NCBI GenBank assembly: GCA_963829525.1
Contig: CAWHIJ010000003.1
Coordinates: forward strand, 1,280,001-1,344,000
Direction: 5' to 3'
Source of the DNA: an uncultured Actinomycetota bacterium
GTDB taxonomy: Bacteria; Actinomycetota; Actinomycetes; JAHEKZ01
DNA length: 64,000 bases
The first letter of the stretch is position 1, and each line of letters begins with the position of its first letter. A model generated the notes under the pieces. It had not been told where the DNA came from. It did no database searches and saw only the letters and a list, made by a program, of their open reading frames with translations. Positions 42,083 through 51,412 of the stretch are shown piece after piece. Both the position numbers and the translations under genes were made by a program.

Positions 42083-43132
42083 CTAGCTGAAGGGCACATC
42101 TACCCACTCTGAGCGGTCCGGCGGGCCAGCGGTCATCCGTACCGAAGGGGGAGCGTCGATCTCCATCACGATCGAGCTGAAGGTGAAGCCGTCATCTCGC
42201 CAGCGGCCGGGGAACATGCAGATGCCAGCATCGGCATCGGAGAGCAGCTCGACGAGGTTGTCGGATGTCTCCAGGCTCGCCATCGCGTCGTCCACGCGCG
42301 TCAGTCGAGGCTCGCTCGAGCCACTCGCCCAGTCCGCCGGGTCGAAGCTGACCTCATGGTTGCCCTCAGAGAGCGGGTGGTTGGTGTGCCACCGCGCACC
42401 CGGGCGGTCGGGATCGTTGCGGTAGGACGCCACGAAGTCGCCGCCCGCCTCGAAACCGAGTACGCCGTCAGCCGACGCCATCGTGTACGACTGGCCTGAT
42501 GCGTGCCGGATGCTGCGAAGGAGGGGCTCGACGGCGTCCAGCGACGTCTGCTCACTCAGCAGCCGTAGCACCAAGGCCACTGGCAGCCCGTCCACCGCGA
42601 CCGGCAGCTGGTCGAGCGCATTGACGACCAACCCGATGCCCGCGGAGTTTGCCCCGCAGAGCCCGACGACACCGGCACGGCTCATCAGCACCTGCTGGGG
42701 GCCATCGTTGGGCGACAAGCGCAGGGCAACCTGGGTGGTGTCCATCCAGGTGTCGAGATCCATGTTCTGACCGATCACGGGTTTGCTACCCCGGTCAGCT
42801 ACCGCCACCGAGCTGCAGCTCGGTCCCTTCTCTCCCCACCACCAGGCCTCGTCGAGGCAGTTGGTGGCGAAGACGGCATCAGGGTCGGCGTTGGCTCCTT
42901 CGGCGATGCCCTCGATCTCTTCCAGCAGCCTCGGAGCCCAGTGGGCAGCGGCGTCCCGGAACCCGGACTCACGTGAAAGCCCTTTCCACAGCTGGTCGGC
43001 GTCTTTGTCCGCGCGAGCGAGTTCATCACGCCAACGCTCGAGGCCGACGGTGATGAGGTCACGGGCCTGCTCGCCGTGGGCGCGGCCCATCGCGCGCGGG
43101 CTTCCGGCGGCGTCGATGATCAAAAGGTCCAC
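42083..43132 (-). CDS. Peptidase C45 / AAT-family Ntn hydrolase
   Basis: MGRAHGEQ, EEIEGIAEGA, putative nucleophile in PSCSSV, GQNMD, GANSAG, HTNH. Confidence 0.85.
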   Translation of the reverse strand: MDLLIIDAAGSPRAMGRAHGEQARDLITVGLERWRDELARADKDADQLWKGLSRESGFRDAAAHWAPRLLEEIEGIAEGANADPDAVFATNCLDEAWWWGEKGPSCSSVAVADRGSKPVIGQNMDLDTWMDTTQVALRLSPNDGPQQVLMSRAGVVGLCGANSAGIGLVVNALDQLPVAVDGLPVALVLRLLSEQTSLDAVEPLLRSIRHASGQSYTMASADGVLGFEAGGDFVASYRNDPDRPGARWHTNHPLSEGNHEVSFDPADWASGSSEPRLTRVDDAMASLETSDNLVELLSDADAGICMFPGRWRDDGFTFSSIVMEIDAPPSVRMTAGPPDRSEWVDVPFS

Positions 43133-43184
43133 AGGACCATCATGGCCCCCGACGGCCTCGCGCGTCGCCACCTAGACTCACGCC

Positions 43185-45065
43185 ATGGCCGGCCGCATCC
43201 GCAACGACGACGTCGCACGGGTGCGCGACATGGCCGGTATTGCCGAGGTAGTGGGCGACCACGTCACTCTCCGTCCCGCTGGCGGTGGCAGCCTCAAGGG
43301 TCTTTGCCCGTTCCACGAGGAGCGCAGCCCCAGCTTTCACGTCACCCCCGCCAAGGGCCTCTACCACTGCTTCGGCTGCCAGGTCGGTGGCGATGTCATC
43401 GACTTCCTCGAGCGCATCGAGCACCTCACCTTCCAGGAGGCTGTCGAGAAGCTCGCGGCACGCTTCGGCGTCGAGCTGCGCTACGAAGACTCCGGCGCCG
43501 GCCCACGTCGTCCGCAGGGCGAGCGCACCCGACTGCTCGAGGCGCACAAGGCAGCGGCCGCTTTCTACTCCGAGCAGCTGAGCAGCGCCGAGGCAGTGGT
43601 CGGACGGCAATTCCTCGACGAGCGGGGCTTCGACGCGGCAGCGGCCGCACACTTCGGCGTCGGCTTCGCACCCAACTCGTGGGACGCTCTCACCCGCCAC
43701 CTGCGCGGCATGGGCTTCACTGACCGCGAGCTCACCGTCGGTGGTCTGTCCAAAGAGGGTCAACGCGGCATGATCGACCGCTTCCGCGGACGCCTGGTCT
43801 GGCCGATCCGCGATATCACCGGCGAGACGATCGGCTTCGGTGCGCGCAAGCTGCTCGAGGACGACCAAGGCCCTAAGTACCTCAACACTGCCGAGACGCC
43901 GATCTACCGCAAGAGCCAGGTCCTCTACGGCATTGACCTCGCTAAGCGGGCCATCGCACAACAACGCAAGGCTGTCATCGTCGAGGGCTACACCGACGTG
44001 ATGGCCTGCCACCTGTCGGGCATCGAGACGGCGATCGCCACGTGCGGCACGGCCTTTGGCGCGGACCATGTGAAAATCCTGCGCCGCCTGCTGATGGACA
44101 ACGACACGTTTGGCGGTCAGGTGGTCTTCACGTTCGACGGCGACGCCGCGGGCCAGAAGGCGGCGATGCGTGCGTTCGAAGACGACCAGCGCTTCGTGGC
44201 GCAGACTTTCGTCGCCGTCGAGCCGAACGGTCTCGACCCGTGCGAGCTGCGGCAGAAGCACGGGGACGCCGCGGTCGTCGCGCTCGTCGACAAGCCCGTG
44301 CCGCTCTTCGAGTTCGCCATTCGCAGCGTTCTCTCAGGTCACGACCTGGAGCAGCCGGCTGGACGCGTTGCCGCATTGCGGGCCGCGGCTCCCGTAGTCG
44401 CTCAAATCCGCGACCAGTCGCTGCGGCCGGAGTACGCACGATCGCTGGCCGGCTGGCTTGGCATGGAGATCAAACCGGTACAGGACGCTGTCAGCCAGGC
44501 GAACCGCGCGCTCAAGCAGCAGGCGCGGCAGCCGGTGCCGCAAGCGGCTTCGGGCGAGACGGTGCCGCCGACACCGCAGTCTGTCCCGCGTCCGGACCCG
44601 AGCGAGCGCCGTCTAGCCGGTCCGCGCGAGCTGCTGAAGCTGGCTGTGCAGCACCCCAGCAAGCTCGACGCGACGTTCGACGAACTTCCCGCCGACCTGT
44701 TTAGCCACCCCGCCTACGTCCAGGTCAAAACGATCATCGCGACGATCGGGGGAGTGGCCAGCGAAGACGGCAAGTGGATGCAGCGGTTGGCGGAGGCGGC
44801 ACCTGACGATTCGGTGCGCTCGGTGATCAATGAGTTGGCGGTTGAGCCCATCCAGGTCGAGGAATCGGCTCTCGACCGTTACACCCGGGAGCAGCTTGGC
44901 CGTGCTCGCGCGCGGGTACTCACGTTGCAGATCGACGAACTGCGCTCGAAGATGCAGCGCTTGGAGTCCGAGGATCCGGCTGCTCACGCCGCGGTCTTTG
45001 CCGAGCTTGTGGGGTTGGAAGCCCAGCGTCGGCAGATTCGTGAGGAGTCAGTCGGTGGCGACTAG
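43185..45065 (+). CDS. dnaG: DNA primase
   Basis: CPFHEERSPSF...CFGC zinc finger, KYLNT, VEGYTDV, FDGDAAG. Confidence 0.97.
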   Translation: MAGRIRNDDVARVRDMAGIAEVVGDHVTLRPAGGGSLKGLCPFHEERSPSFHVTPAKGLYHCFGCQVGGDVIDFLERIEHLTFQEAVEKLAARFGVELRYEDSGAGPRRPQGERTRLLEAHKAAAAFYSEQLSSAEAVVGRQFLDERGFDAAAAAHFGVGFAPNSWDALTRHLRGMGFTDRELTVGGLSKEGQRGMIDRFRGRLVWPIRDITGETIGFGARKLLEDDQGPKYLNTAETPIYRKSQVLYGIDLAKRAIAQQRKAVIVEGYTDVMACHLSGIETAIATCGTAFGADHVKILRRLLMDNDTFGGQVVFTFDGDAAGQKAAMRAFEDDQRFVAQTFVAVEPNGLDPCELRQKHGDAAVVALVDKPVPLFEFAIRSVLSGHDLEQPAGRVAALRAAAPVVAQIRDQSLRPEYARSLAGWLGMEIKPVQDAVSQANRALKQQARQPVPQAASGETVPPTPQSVPRPDPSERRLAGPRELLKLAVQHPSKLDATFDELPADLFSHPAYVQVKTIIATIGGVASEDGKWMQRLAEAAPDDSVRSVINELAVEPIQVEESALDRYTREQLGRARARVLTLQIDELRSKMQRLESEDPAAHAAVFAELVGLEAQRRQIREESVGGD

Positions 45066-45083
45066 TCGGCCATCGGTGTCGCC

Positions 45084-45581
45084 ATGAAGTGGAAGCCGGA
45101 GGCGTTGGATCCCGACGTTCGGGCGCGTCTGGACCTTCACCCGAAAGAGCGAATCCTGGCGTGGGCCGACGACGGTGCCGATCGCCCCGTGGTTGCTACA
45201 GAGACCGCGCTTCATCTTCAGCGCGTCCCACCTGAATACGCACGGTTCGGTTGGGAGCAGATTGAACGGGCTTCTTACGAGGCCGGAATGCTGACGGTGG
45301 TGTTGGGAGACTCGCTGGGCGGCGCGACGTTGCGGATACCTGTAGGCGAAGAACGGCAGCTCCCCGTCGTTGTACGTGACCGCGTCACGGCCAGCGTCGT
45401 GGTCGACCGGTTCGTCGCTCTATCCGGGGACGCAGGAGTGCGGATAGTCGGACGCCGAGCAGTCGACGGGGGAGTCACCTGGCGCTCTGTTCTTGACCCA
45501 GTACTGACGACCGACGATGCGTCTATCGCTGCGTCCGAGGAGGCACTGGCGGAGGTGCGGGCCGAGGTGGGCGACGGCTGA
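45084..45581 (+). CDS. Hypothetical protein
   Basis: 165-aa ORF co-oriented 18 nt after dnaG; ERILAWA, WEQIERA, RDRVTASVV. Confidence 0.75.
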   Translation: MKWKPEALDPDVRARLDLHPKERILAWADDGADRPVVATETALHLQRVPPEYARFGWEQIERASYEAGMLTVVLGDSLGGATLRIPVGEERQLPVVVRDRVTASVVVDRFVALSGDAGVRIVGRRAVDGGVTWRSVLDPVLTTDDASIAASEEALAEVRAEVGDG

Positions 45582-45639
45582 GTGCCTGCTGGGGGGCGTC
45601 GGGGTGGCTGGTATTCTCGCCAAGCCGTAAAGGCGTCAA

Positions 45640-45712
45640 TCCCGCGTAGCTCAATTGGCAGAGCAGCCGGCTGTTAACCGGCAGGTTACTGGTTCGAGTC
45701 CAGTCGCGGGAG
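45640..45712 (+). tRNA. tRNA-Asn (GTT)
   Basis: Acceptor stem TCCCGCG/CGCGGGA, D-arm TAGCTCAATTGGCAGAGC, anticodon arm GCCGG-CTGTTAA-CCGGC, T-loop GTTCGAGTC; CCA not encoded. Confidence 0.97.
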
Positions 45713-46009
45713 CTTGTTATGTCGAAGCCGCAGGTCAGGGCGCTCCGAGGATCTACGTCAACTGCCGGAATGTTGGTTTGACAGCTACAACTGATTAGAG
45801 CGAGCGAACTGTGCCTCTGCACTGGAGGACATCAATGCGGCGGAGCCTAATCCATTCGCGTCTGTTAGAACGAGGACAACAACCACGCTGAGGGGTCAAG
45901 AAAGCACGCTGTGTATTCAGGACAACGATTTCTTGGTGCTGCTGACCAAAGACCCCTTCCTTTGGGTGGGAACCGTTGCCTACGTTGGTTCTCGACGAAA
46001 GAGGGAATC

Positions 46010-48226
46010 ATGAAGCGTGTACCAGTTCGAAGGTTCGGCGTGGCGCTCGGCATGGCACTGGTCGCTTTGCAACTGGGCACACTGAACCTCGCCCCAGCTG
46101 ATGCAGCCACACCGACAATGATTCGAGTGATCGTCGCGGTCGACCCAGGACTGCCAGTGACCGCCTCCGCCACTGCTCAACTGCACGCAGCCGGCGGGCA
46201 GTTACGCTACGCCTTTCAACGTGTCTATCACGGTTACGTTGCCGACATTCCAGCAACGGCAGAACGAGTGCTAGTGCAGCAGCCTGGCGTGCGGACGGTG
46301 TCCCTCGACGCCATCGCATACCCCGCCGATGTTGAGAGCCCCGCCCCTTGGGGACTTGACCGGGTCGATCAACGCTCACTCCCTCTAGACCAGACGTACG
46401 CGTACGGAGACACCGGAAGCGGCGTCACAGCCTATGTCGTTGATACAGGTATCCGCACCACCCATGTCGACTTTGGTGCCCGTGCCTCCAGCGGCTGGGA
46501 CTTCTATGACAATGACGCGGACGCGTCGGACTGCTACGGACACGGTACACACGTAGCCGGCACCATCGGAGGCAGCACCTACGGTGTGGCGAAGGGTGTG
46601 AAACTCGTCGCAGTGCGGGTCTTCGGCTGCAGCGGCGGCTCGCCCTACTCGACCGTCATGCAGGGGCTCGACTGGGCGGTGGCTAACCACACGGGACCGT
46701 CGGTCATCTCCATGAGTCTTGGTGGTGGCTACTACCAGCCGATGAATGACGCAGTCTCAAACGCTACGGCTGCTGGCGTTCCCGTAGTCGTCTCCGCGGG
46801 TAATGACAACGCCGATGCGTGTAATAACTCTCCAGCCAGTGCCCCCACCGCCATAACTGTCGCGGCCACGGACGAAACAGACACACGTGCCAGCTTCTCG
46901 AACTACGGTTCATGCATTGACATCTTCGCTCCTGGTGTGGGCATCGAGTCAGATTATTATCTCGCTGACGACAGCGTGGCTTCAATGAGTGGCACTTCGA
47001 TGGCGACCCCACACGTAAGCGGTGCTGTTGCGGTATACCTTTCGTCGCACCCGAACGCAACTGTCAGCGAGATCACATCGGCGATCATGAGCTCTTCGAC
47101 GCAAGGCGTCGTCACCGATGCGCAGTCGACGAACAGCGGCCTGTTGTACGTCGCGCCGCCGGCAGCGACTCCAACAGTTCCTACAAATGTGGCTGTGTCG
47201 AAGAATGTGGGTGCGGCGTCGGCGACGGTGAGTTGGCAGCCGCCGGTGTCTTCTGGTGGGTCGGCGATTACTGGGTATCGGGTGTCACGGGATGCCGGGA
47301 GCATCGCCGGGCAGAACCCGTGGTCCACGGTGGTGTCGGCCAGTGCTCGGTCGTTTACGTTCACCAGGTTGACGCTGAACTCTACCTACACCTTGTCCGT
47401 GCAGGCGATCAACGGGTCGGGTGAGGGTCCGGCTGCATCGCAGCAGGTGACGATGAGTGCGGATGTGCCGTCAGCGCCGACGAGTGTGTCGGTGTCGAAG
47501 AATGACACCGCGAAGACGGCCAGCATCAACTGGCAACCGCCCACCTCGACGGGTGGTTCGGTGATCACCGGCTACCTCGTGTCGCGTGATGCAGGCTCGC
47601 TGCCTGGGCAAAACCCGTGGTCGACGGTGGTGACCCCTTCCACAAGGTCGTTCACGTTCACCCAGTTGTTGTCCGGTTCGACCTACAAGCTGTCGGTGCA
47701 GGCAATCAACGGGACGGGGACCGGCCCCGCAGCCAGCGGCACCGTCACGCTGGGTCAGGTGGTCACCACGAACCTGTTGAAGAACCCTGGCTTCGAAGCT
47801 GATGGCAACGCTGACGGTCGCCCAGACAGCTGGACGTCCAATGCGAAGTTCACCCGCTCCAACACCTCCATTTACACGGGGAGTTACGCGGGACGTCACC
47901 GGGCCACCGACAACACCAACCACACCATCGGCCAGGTGGTGGCCTCGTTGACACCCGCAACGACCTATTTGTTCAACGGCAAGGTCAACATCCCCGCCAC
48001 CAGTGACACCTTCACCTTCCTGATCCGGGTGCAGTGGTTGAACAGCACCGGGGGTGTCATCCGCACCGACGCCATCCGCAAGTTCACCGCAGCGACCGGT
48101 GGTTGGACCGACGCCATCGGTGGCATGACCAGCCCCACCGGCACCGCCAAAGCCAAGGTCCAAATGGTGTCCACCAACCTCAACGCCACCATCTACGTCG
48201 ACGACTTCAAACTCACCCGAAACTGA
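46010..48226 (+). CDS. Secreted S8 subtilisin-like protease with propeptide, two FN3 domains and a C-terminal CBM-like domain
   Basis: Signal peptide, WGLDRVDQ, triad VDTG / HGTHVAG / GTSMATPH, two FN3 units, NLLKNPGFE...YVDDF. Confidence 0.93.
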   Translation: MKRVPVRRFGVALGMALVALQLGTLNLAPADAATPTMIRVIVAVDPGLPVTASATAQLHAAGGQLRYAFQRVYHGYVADIPATAERVLVQQPGVRTVSLDAIAYPADVESPAPWGLDRVDQRSLPLDQTYAYGDTGSGVTAYVVDTGIRTTHVDFGARASSGWDFYDNDADASDCYGHGTHVAGTIGGSTYGVAKGVKLVAVRVFGCSGGSPYSTVMQGLDWAVANHTGPSVISMSLGGGYYQPMNDAVSNATAAGVPVVVSAGNDNADACNNSPASAPTAITVAATDETDTRASFSNYGSCIDIFAPGVGIESDYYLADDSVASMSGTSMATPHVSGAVAVYLSSHPNATVSEITSAIMSSSTQGVVTDAQSTNSGLLYVAPPAATPTVPTNVAVSKNVGAASATVSWQPPVSSGGSAITGYRVSRDAGSIAGQNPWSTVVSASARSFTFTRLTLNSTYTLSVQAINGSGEGPAASQQVTMSADVPSAPTSVSVSKNDTAKTASINWQPPTSTGGSVITGYLVSRDAGSLPGQNPWSTVVTPSTRSFTFTQLLSGSTYKLSVQAINGTGTGPAASGTVTLGQVVTTNLLKNPGFEADGNADGRPDSWTSNAKFTRSNTSIYTGSYAGRHRATDNTNHTIGQVVASLTPATTYLFNGKVNIPATSDTFTFLIRVQWLNSTGGVIRTDAIRKFTAATGGWTDAIGGMTSPTGTAKAKVQMVSTNLNATIYVDDFKLTRN
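47171..47752 (+). repeat. Tandem FN3 domain duplication (297-nt period)
   Basis: GTGTCGAAGAAT at 47195 and 47492; both units share VSRDAGS..GQNPWSTVV..RSFTFT.L...TY.LSVQAING. Confidence 0.9.
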
Positions 48227-48424
48227 TGCGTTTCTCTTGATAGTCGTGACAGCACCGGACTCAACCGCGACTTCAGCCACTGCATCTCCGACCGCCGCAA
48301 GTCACGCAGATGGTGGATCCGCCCTGGCCAGACCCATCACGACTCCTTGCCCTTGTCACTCAGGGCAGAAGTGAGGCACCCCCACACCTGAGGACCTAAC
48401 CTCAATTATCGTCCGCTGCTGAGA

Positions 48425-48604
48425 ATGTCGAAAGGGATGACCTATCTTATCGCGGCCAGGACGAACACAATGCCGAGAATCTGCCTGACGCCGTTGGAGT
48501 CCGTCGAGATCGACGTCGCGAACGTGGTCATTGTGGCGCTGTTCGTTCTGGACTACCTGTTACGGCTGTGCCTTGCTCCGGCGCGTTGGCCGTTTGGCAG
48601 ATAG
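48425..48604 (+). pseudogene. Remnant resembling a voltage-gated K+ channel S2 segment
   Basis: 59-aa ORF ending ANVVIVALFVLDYLLRLCLAPARWPF, like the FxxDYxxRLxxA motif; overlaps the TetR 3' end. Confidence 0.5.
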
Positions 48605-49254
48605 CCCGGTGCAACCAGCAGCAGGAGCAGACCATCGGTCAGCCATGCCTCGTATCGCTCGGGGGACCACCCCTGCTCCACGACAAACCGGTGGTAAGGG
48701 CCGCTGTCGTTGAGCAGCCAGAGGACGTCCGCCGCTTCCTCGACTGTCAGTTCCGGTCGGAGCGCGCCGCGCTCGTCCAGCAAGGCTGCCAAAAAGGACA
48801 TCCCTCGCTGACGCTGAGTGCGCAGGTCGTCGTTGAGCGCCTGCAGATCAGCGTCTAGGCCGGCCGCGGACTCCAACACCCGTGCGAGGGCCGCGGTGCG
48901 ACCCATCACCTCACGAATGTTCGTCGCAAAGTCACGCAGAATGCGTCGGGCGTCTGGCTCTTGCAGCGCCGCCTGCACATGCGGACGATCGAGCACTGGG
49001 ATGGGTTCGTCATCGCCGGAGATGGCCCAGTCGAGAGCCAGCTTGAGCGTCTCGAGTTTGCCCCCCACGGCCGTGAACACCGTTTTTCGGCTTACCCCGG
49101 CAGCCTCGGCGATCGCGTCGATCGACGTGCCGCCATAGCCCCGCTCAACGAACAACACCGCGGCCGCGTCGACGATCGAACGACGTGTGGCCTGTGCCTG
49201 GGCCGCACGCAAGGTCGACGAGTAGGGCCTCTTGACAGATTTTGAGGAAACCAT
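48553..49254 (-). CDS. TetR-family regulator
   Basis: TRRSIVDAAAVLFVERGY..TSIDAIAEAAGVSRKTVF; GWSPERYEAW. Confidence 0.92.
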   Translation of the reverse strand: MVSSKSVKRPYSSTLRAAQAQATRRSIVDAAAVLFVERGYGGTSIDAIAEAAGVSRKTVFTAVGGKLETLKLALDWAISGDDEPIPVLDRPHVQAALQEPDARRILRDFATNIREVMGRTAALARVLESAAGLDADLQALNDDLRTQRQRGMSFLAALLDERGALRPELTVEEAADVLWLLNDSGPYHRFVVEQGWSPERYEAWLTDGLLLLLVAPGYLPNGQRAGARHSRNR

Positions 49255-49314
49255 CAGTGTATTGAATACCCCAGCAGTAACTTCACCATTAAACCGTAGC
49301 AGTTGGAGGCCCAT

Positions 49315-50640
49315 ATGCGCACTGTTGTCGTGGGAGCAGGACCGGTCGGGCTTTACTGCGCGATGGCCCTGGCGCGGCAGGGGGAAGAGGTCACGGTGAT
49401 CGACCGTGATCCAGGTCCGGTTACAGGTGGGGCTTGGCGACGGCGCGGGGTCATGCAGTTCGCTCATCCGCACTACTTCCGCCACCTGGTGCGATTGGCG
49501 CTGCAGGACCAGCTGCCGGACGTGTGGGAGCAGTTGCTCGCCGTGGGTGGAATTGAGGCGACCTTCGAGGGTGGCCCTGAGTTCCTCAGCGGCCTGCAGT
49601 GCCGACGGTCGACGTTTGAGAGCGTCCTCTGGCGCGCGGCAGCGCGTGAGCCCGGGCTGACGGTGCGCTGCGGCCTGGTGCGCAGTCTCGTCACGACCGG
49701 CGGCCGCGTCTCGGGCGTCGTCGTTGATGGCTCGACGGTGGATGCCGACCGAGTCATCTGCGCAACCGGCCGTGGCAGCAGTCTGGGTGACGGCCTACGT
49801 GCACCGGGGAAGGAGTCGTCGTGCGGGTTCTCCTACGTTGCGCGGATGTACCGGGCTCGCCCCGGTGCGCCATGGCCAACTTGGGCGCTGTCCGGCCGGG
49901 TCTACGACGGCTACCAGGCGATCCTCTTTCCGCACGACGATCGCACCCTCTCGGCTCTCGTCGTGCTGCCCACGGAGGACACCGTGCTCGGGCAAGTGCG
50001 GGGGACCGATGCTTTCAACGTGGCTGCCTCGCTTATCCCGCAGCTGTCTCCATGGACCGATCCCGACGATTACGAGCCGATCACGAAGCCGATGACCGGG
50101 GGACGCCTGACCAACGGCTATCGCGGGCAGCTTGGCCAGAACGGTGAAGCGCCGGTCGCCGGCGTGTATTTCGTAGGTGATGCGGTATGCACCACTAACC
50201 CGGCCGCCGGCCGGGGAGTTTCTCTGGGCCTGCAACAGGCCCAAGCACTGCTTGCCATGCTCGCAGACACGGACGCCCGGAACACCAGTCACCGATTCGA
50301 AGCCTGGACCGACGAGAACGTGCGGCCCTGGTACGAGGACCACGTGCTGTGGGACGCCGAACTGTTGCAGCGCTACGCCGGCGCCGAAATGGATATCGAA
50401 GGCCCACTGAGTTCTGATGTCTTCTGCACCGCGGGCGAGACCGAGCCGTCGCTTGCGCCTGTAGTCGGCCCCGTTCTGGGAATGCTCACGACGCCGGCCT
50501 CTCTCACCACGATCGACAAACACGTGCGTGGAATGCTGCGTCAAGGCTGGCGACCCGCCTACGCGACAGGGCCAACGCGCGATGAACTTGTAGAGCAATT
50601 AGGCGCCCTCGGCGCCGCGAGACTGCAACCGACTGCGTAG
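49315..50640 (+). CDS. FAD-dependent oxidoreductase
   Basis: VVVGAGPVG, ATGRGS, VGDAVCTTNPAAGRG; GGAGG RBS; divergent from TetR. Confidence 0.9.
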   Translation: MRTVVVGAGPVGLYCAMALARQGEEVTVIDRDPGPVTGGAWRRRGVMQFAHPHYFRHLVRLALQDQLPDVWEQLLAVGGIEATFEGGPEFLSGLQCRRSTFESVLWRAAAREPGLTVRCGLVRSLVTTGGRVSGVVVDGSTVDADRVICATGRGSSLGDGLRAPGKESSCGFSYVARMYRARPGAPWPTWALSGRVYDGYQAILFPHDDRTLSALVVLPTEDTVLGQVRGTDAFNVAASLIPQLSPWTDPDDYEPITKPMTGGRLTNGYRGQLGQNGEAPVAGVYFVGDAVCTTNPAAGRGVSLGLQQAQALLAMLADTDARNTSHRFEAWTDENVRPWYEDHVLWDAELLQRYAGAEMDIEGPLSSDVFCTAGETEPSLAPVVGPVLGMLTTPASLTTIDKHVRGMLRQGWRPAYATGPTRDELVEQLGALGAARLQPTA

Positions 50641-50655
50641 GTCCGCTTACACACC

Positions 50656-51033
50656 TTACGAAGCCTCCGTCGGGGCTGTCGTAGCCTTCGCCAGCGGCTC
50701 CAGATGGTCAACATTCGAGTGCACGACGCCAGCCGGCCAGTCGATGTCACGAATGGCGTTCCAGGCTAAGAAGCCCGAGTCTCGGTGCAAGGTCCGGACA
50801 ATGATGCGCACCAACCACGGTCCCTGGGTGGGTTGTCGGTCATACCCGAGAAGCGCTCCTGTGTGCCTCTTACCGACGACCAGGCCAGCGACCATCAGCT
50901 CAGTTCCAAGTCCGGCACCCTTACCGGTCGGTCCGAGGCGAATGTCCTTAACGACTCCCAGTGGAGATCCGTCACTGGTGACAATGGCGAAGCCCAGAAG
51001 ACTACTGATCCGGTGGGTGCTACTTGGGGTCAT
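50656..51033 (-). CDS. PRC-barrel-like protein
   Basis: ISSLLGFAIVTSDGSPLGVVKDIRL; AGGAG RBS. Confidence 0.75.
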   Translation of the reverse strand: MTPSSTHRISSLLGFAIVTSDGSPLGVVKDIRLGPTGKGAGLGTELMVAGLVVGKRHTGALLGYDRQPTQGPWLVRIIVRTLHRDSGFLAWNAIRDIDWPAGVVHSNVDHLEPLAKATTAPTEAS

Positions 51034-51412
51034 GCCGAGCTCCTGGAATTCGGTCAATGATGTGGGTCGCGACCCAGACCTCGCCGTCTGACTCTGGCAC
51101 CCTGCGCCCGACATGGACGGCACTGTCGATCTTGATGATGTCCGACATTGGTAGGCGCTGTGGTTCCGGATCTGCATCGCGGTGGAGGCGACTCCAGATC
51201 GCGGCAATCGACTCGCCAATCCTGCCGCCAAACCGTGGCCCCAAAGCCCCTGGCCCCATGAGAACGGCGGAAACGCGCAACCCCCCGCGCCCGTCAGACT
51301 CAAGCTCGAGGTCGTCCACCTTCCCGATGAGTCGCCCATCGACATCGACCAACTGCCGGTCCAAAAGGTGCAAGGCCGCGTCATAGGCTCGACCAGCAAC
51401 TGGAGCGGACAT
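51020..51412 (-). CDS. PRC-barrel-like protein
   Basis: LLDRQLVDVDGRLIGKVDDLEL, GPGALGPRFGG. Confidence 0.78.
   Translation of the reverse strand: MSAPVAGRAYDAALHLLDRQLVDVDGRLIGKVDDLELESDGRGGLRVSAVLMGPGALGPRFGGRIGESIAAIWSRLHRDADPEPQRLPMSDIIKIDSAVHVGRRVPESDGEVWVATHIIDRIPGARHDPK

Noticed and set aside
45713-46009. Possible riboswitch upstream of the S8 protease
   Set aside because: Only short complementarities (AGGGGTC/GACCCCT, CAAGAAA/TTTCTTG); I could not see c-di-AMP or c-di-GMP riboswitch signatures. An Rfam scan would settle it.
47171-47752. Repeat as a CRISPR or non-coding array
   Set aside because: It is an in-frame, diverged 297-nt duplication encoding two FN3 domains; no CRISPR-like repeat-spacer pattern was seen in the window.
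49266-49294. GTTT...GGGTAT upstream of tetR as a fourth SigF-type promoter
   Set aside because: The spacer is 19 nt, too long for the consensus, and the -10 would be very close to the start codon.
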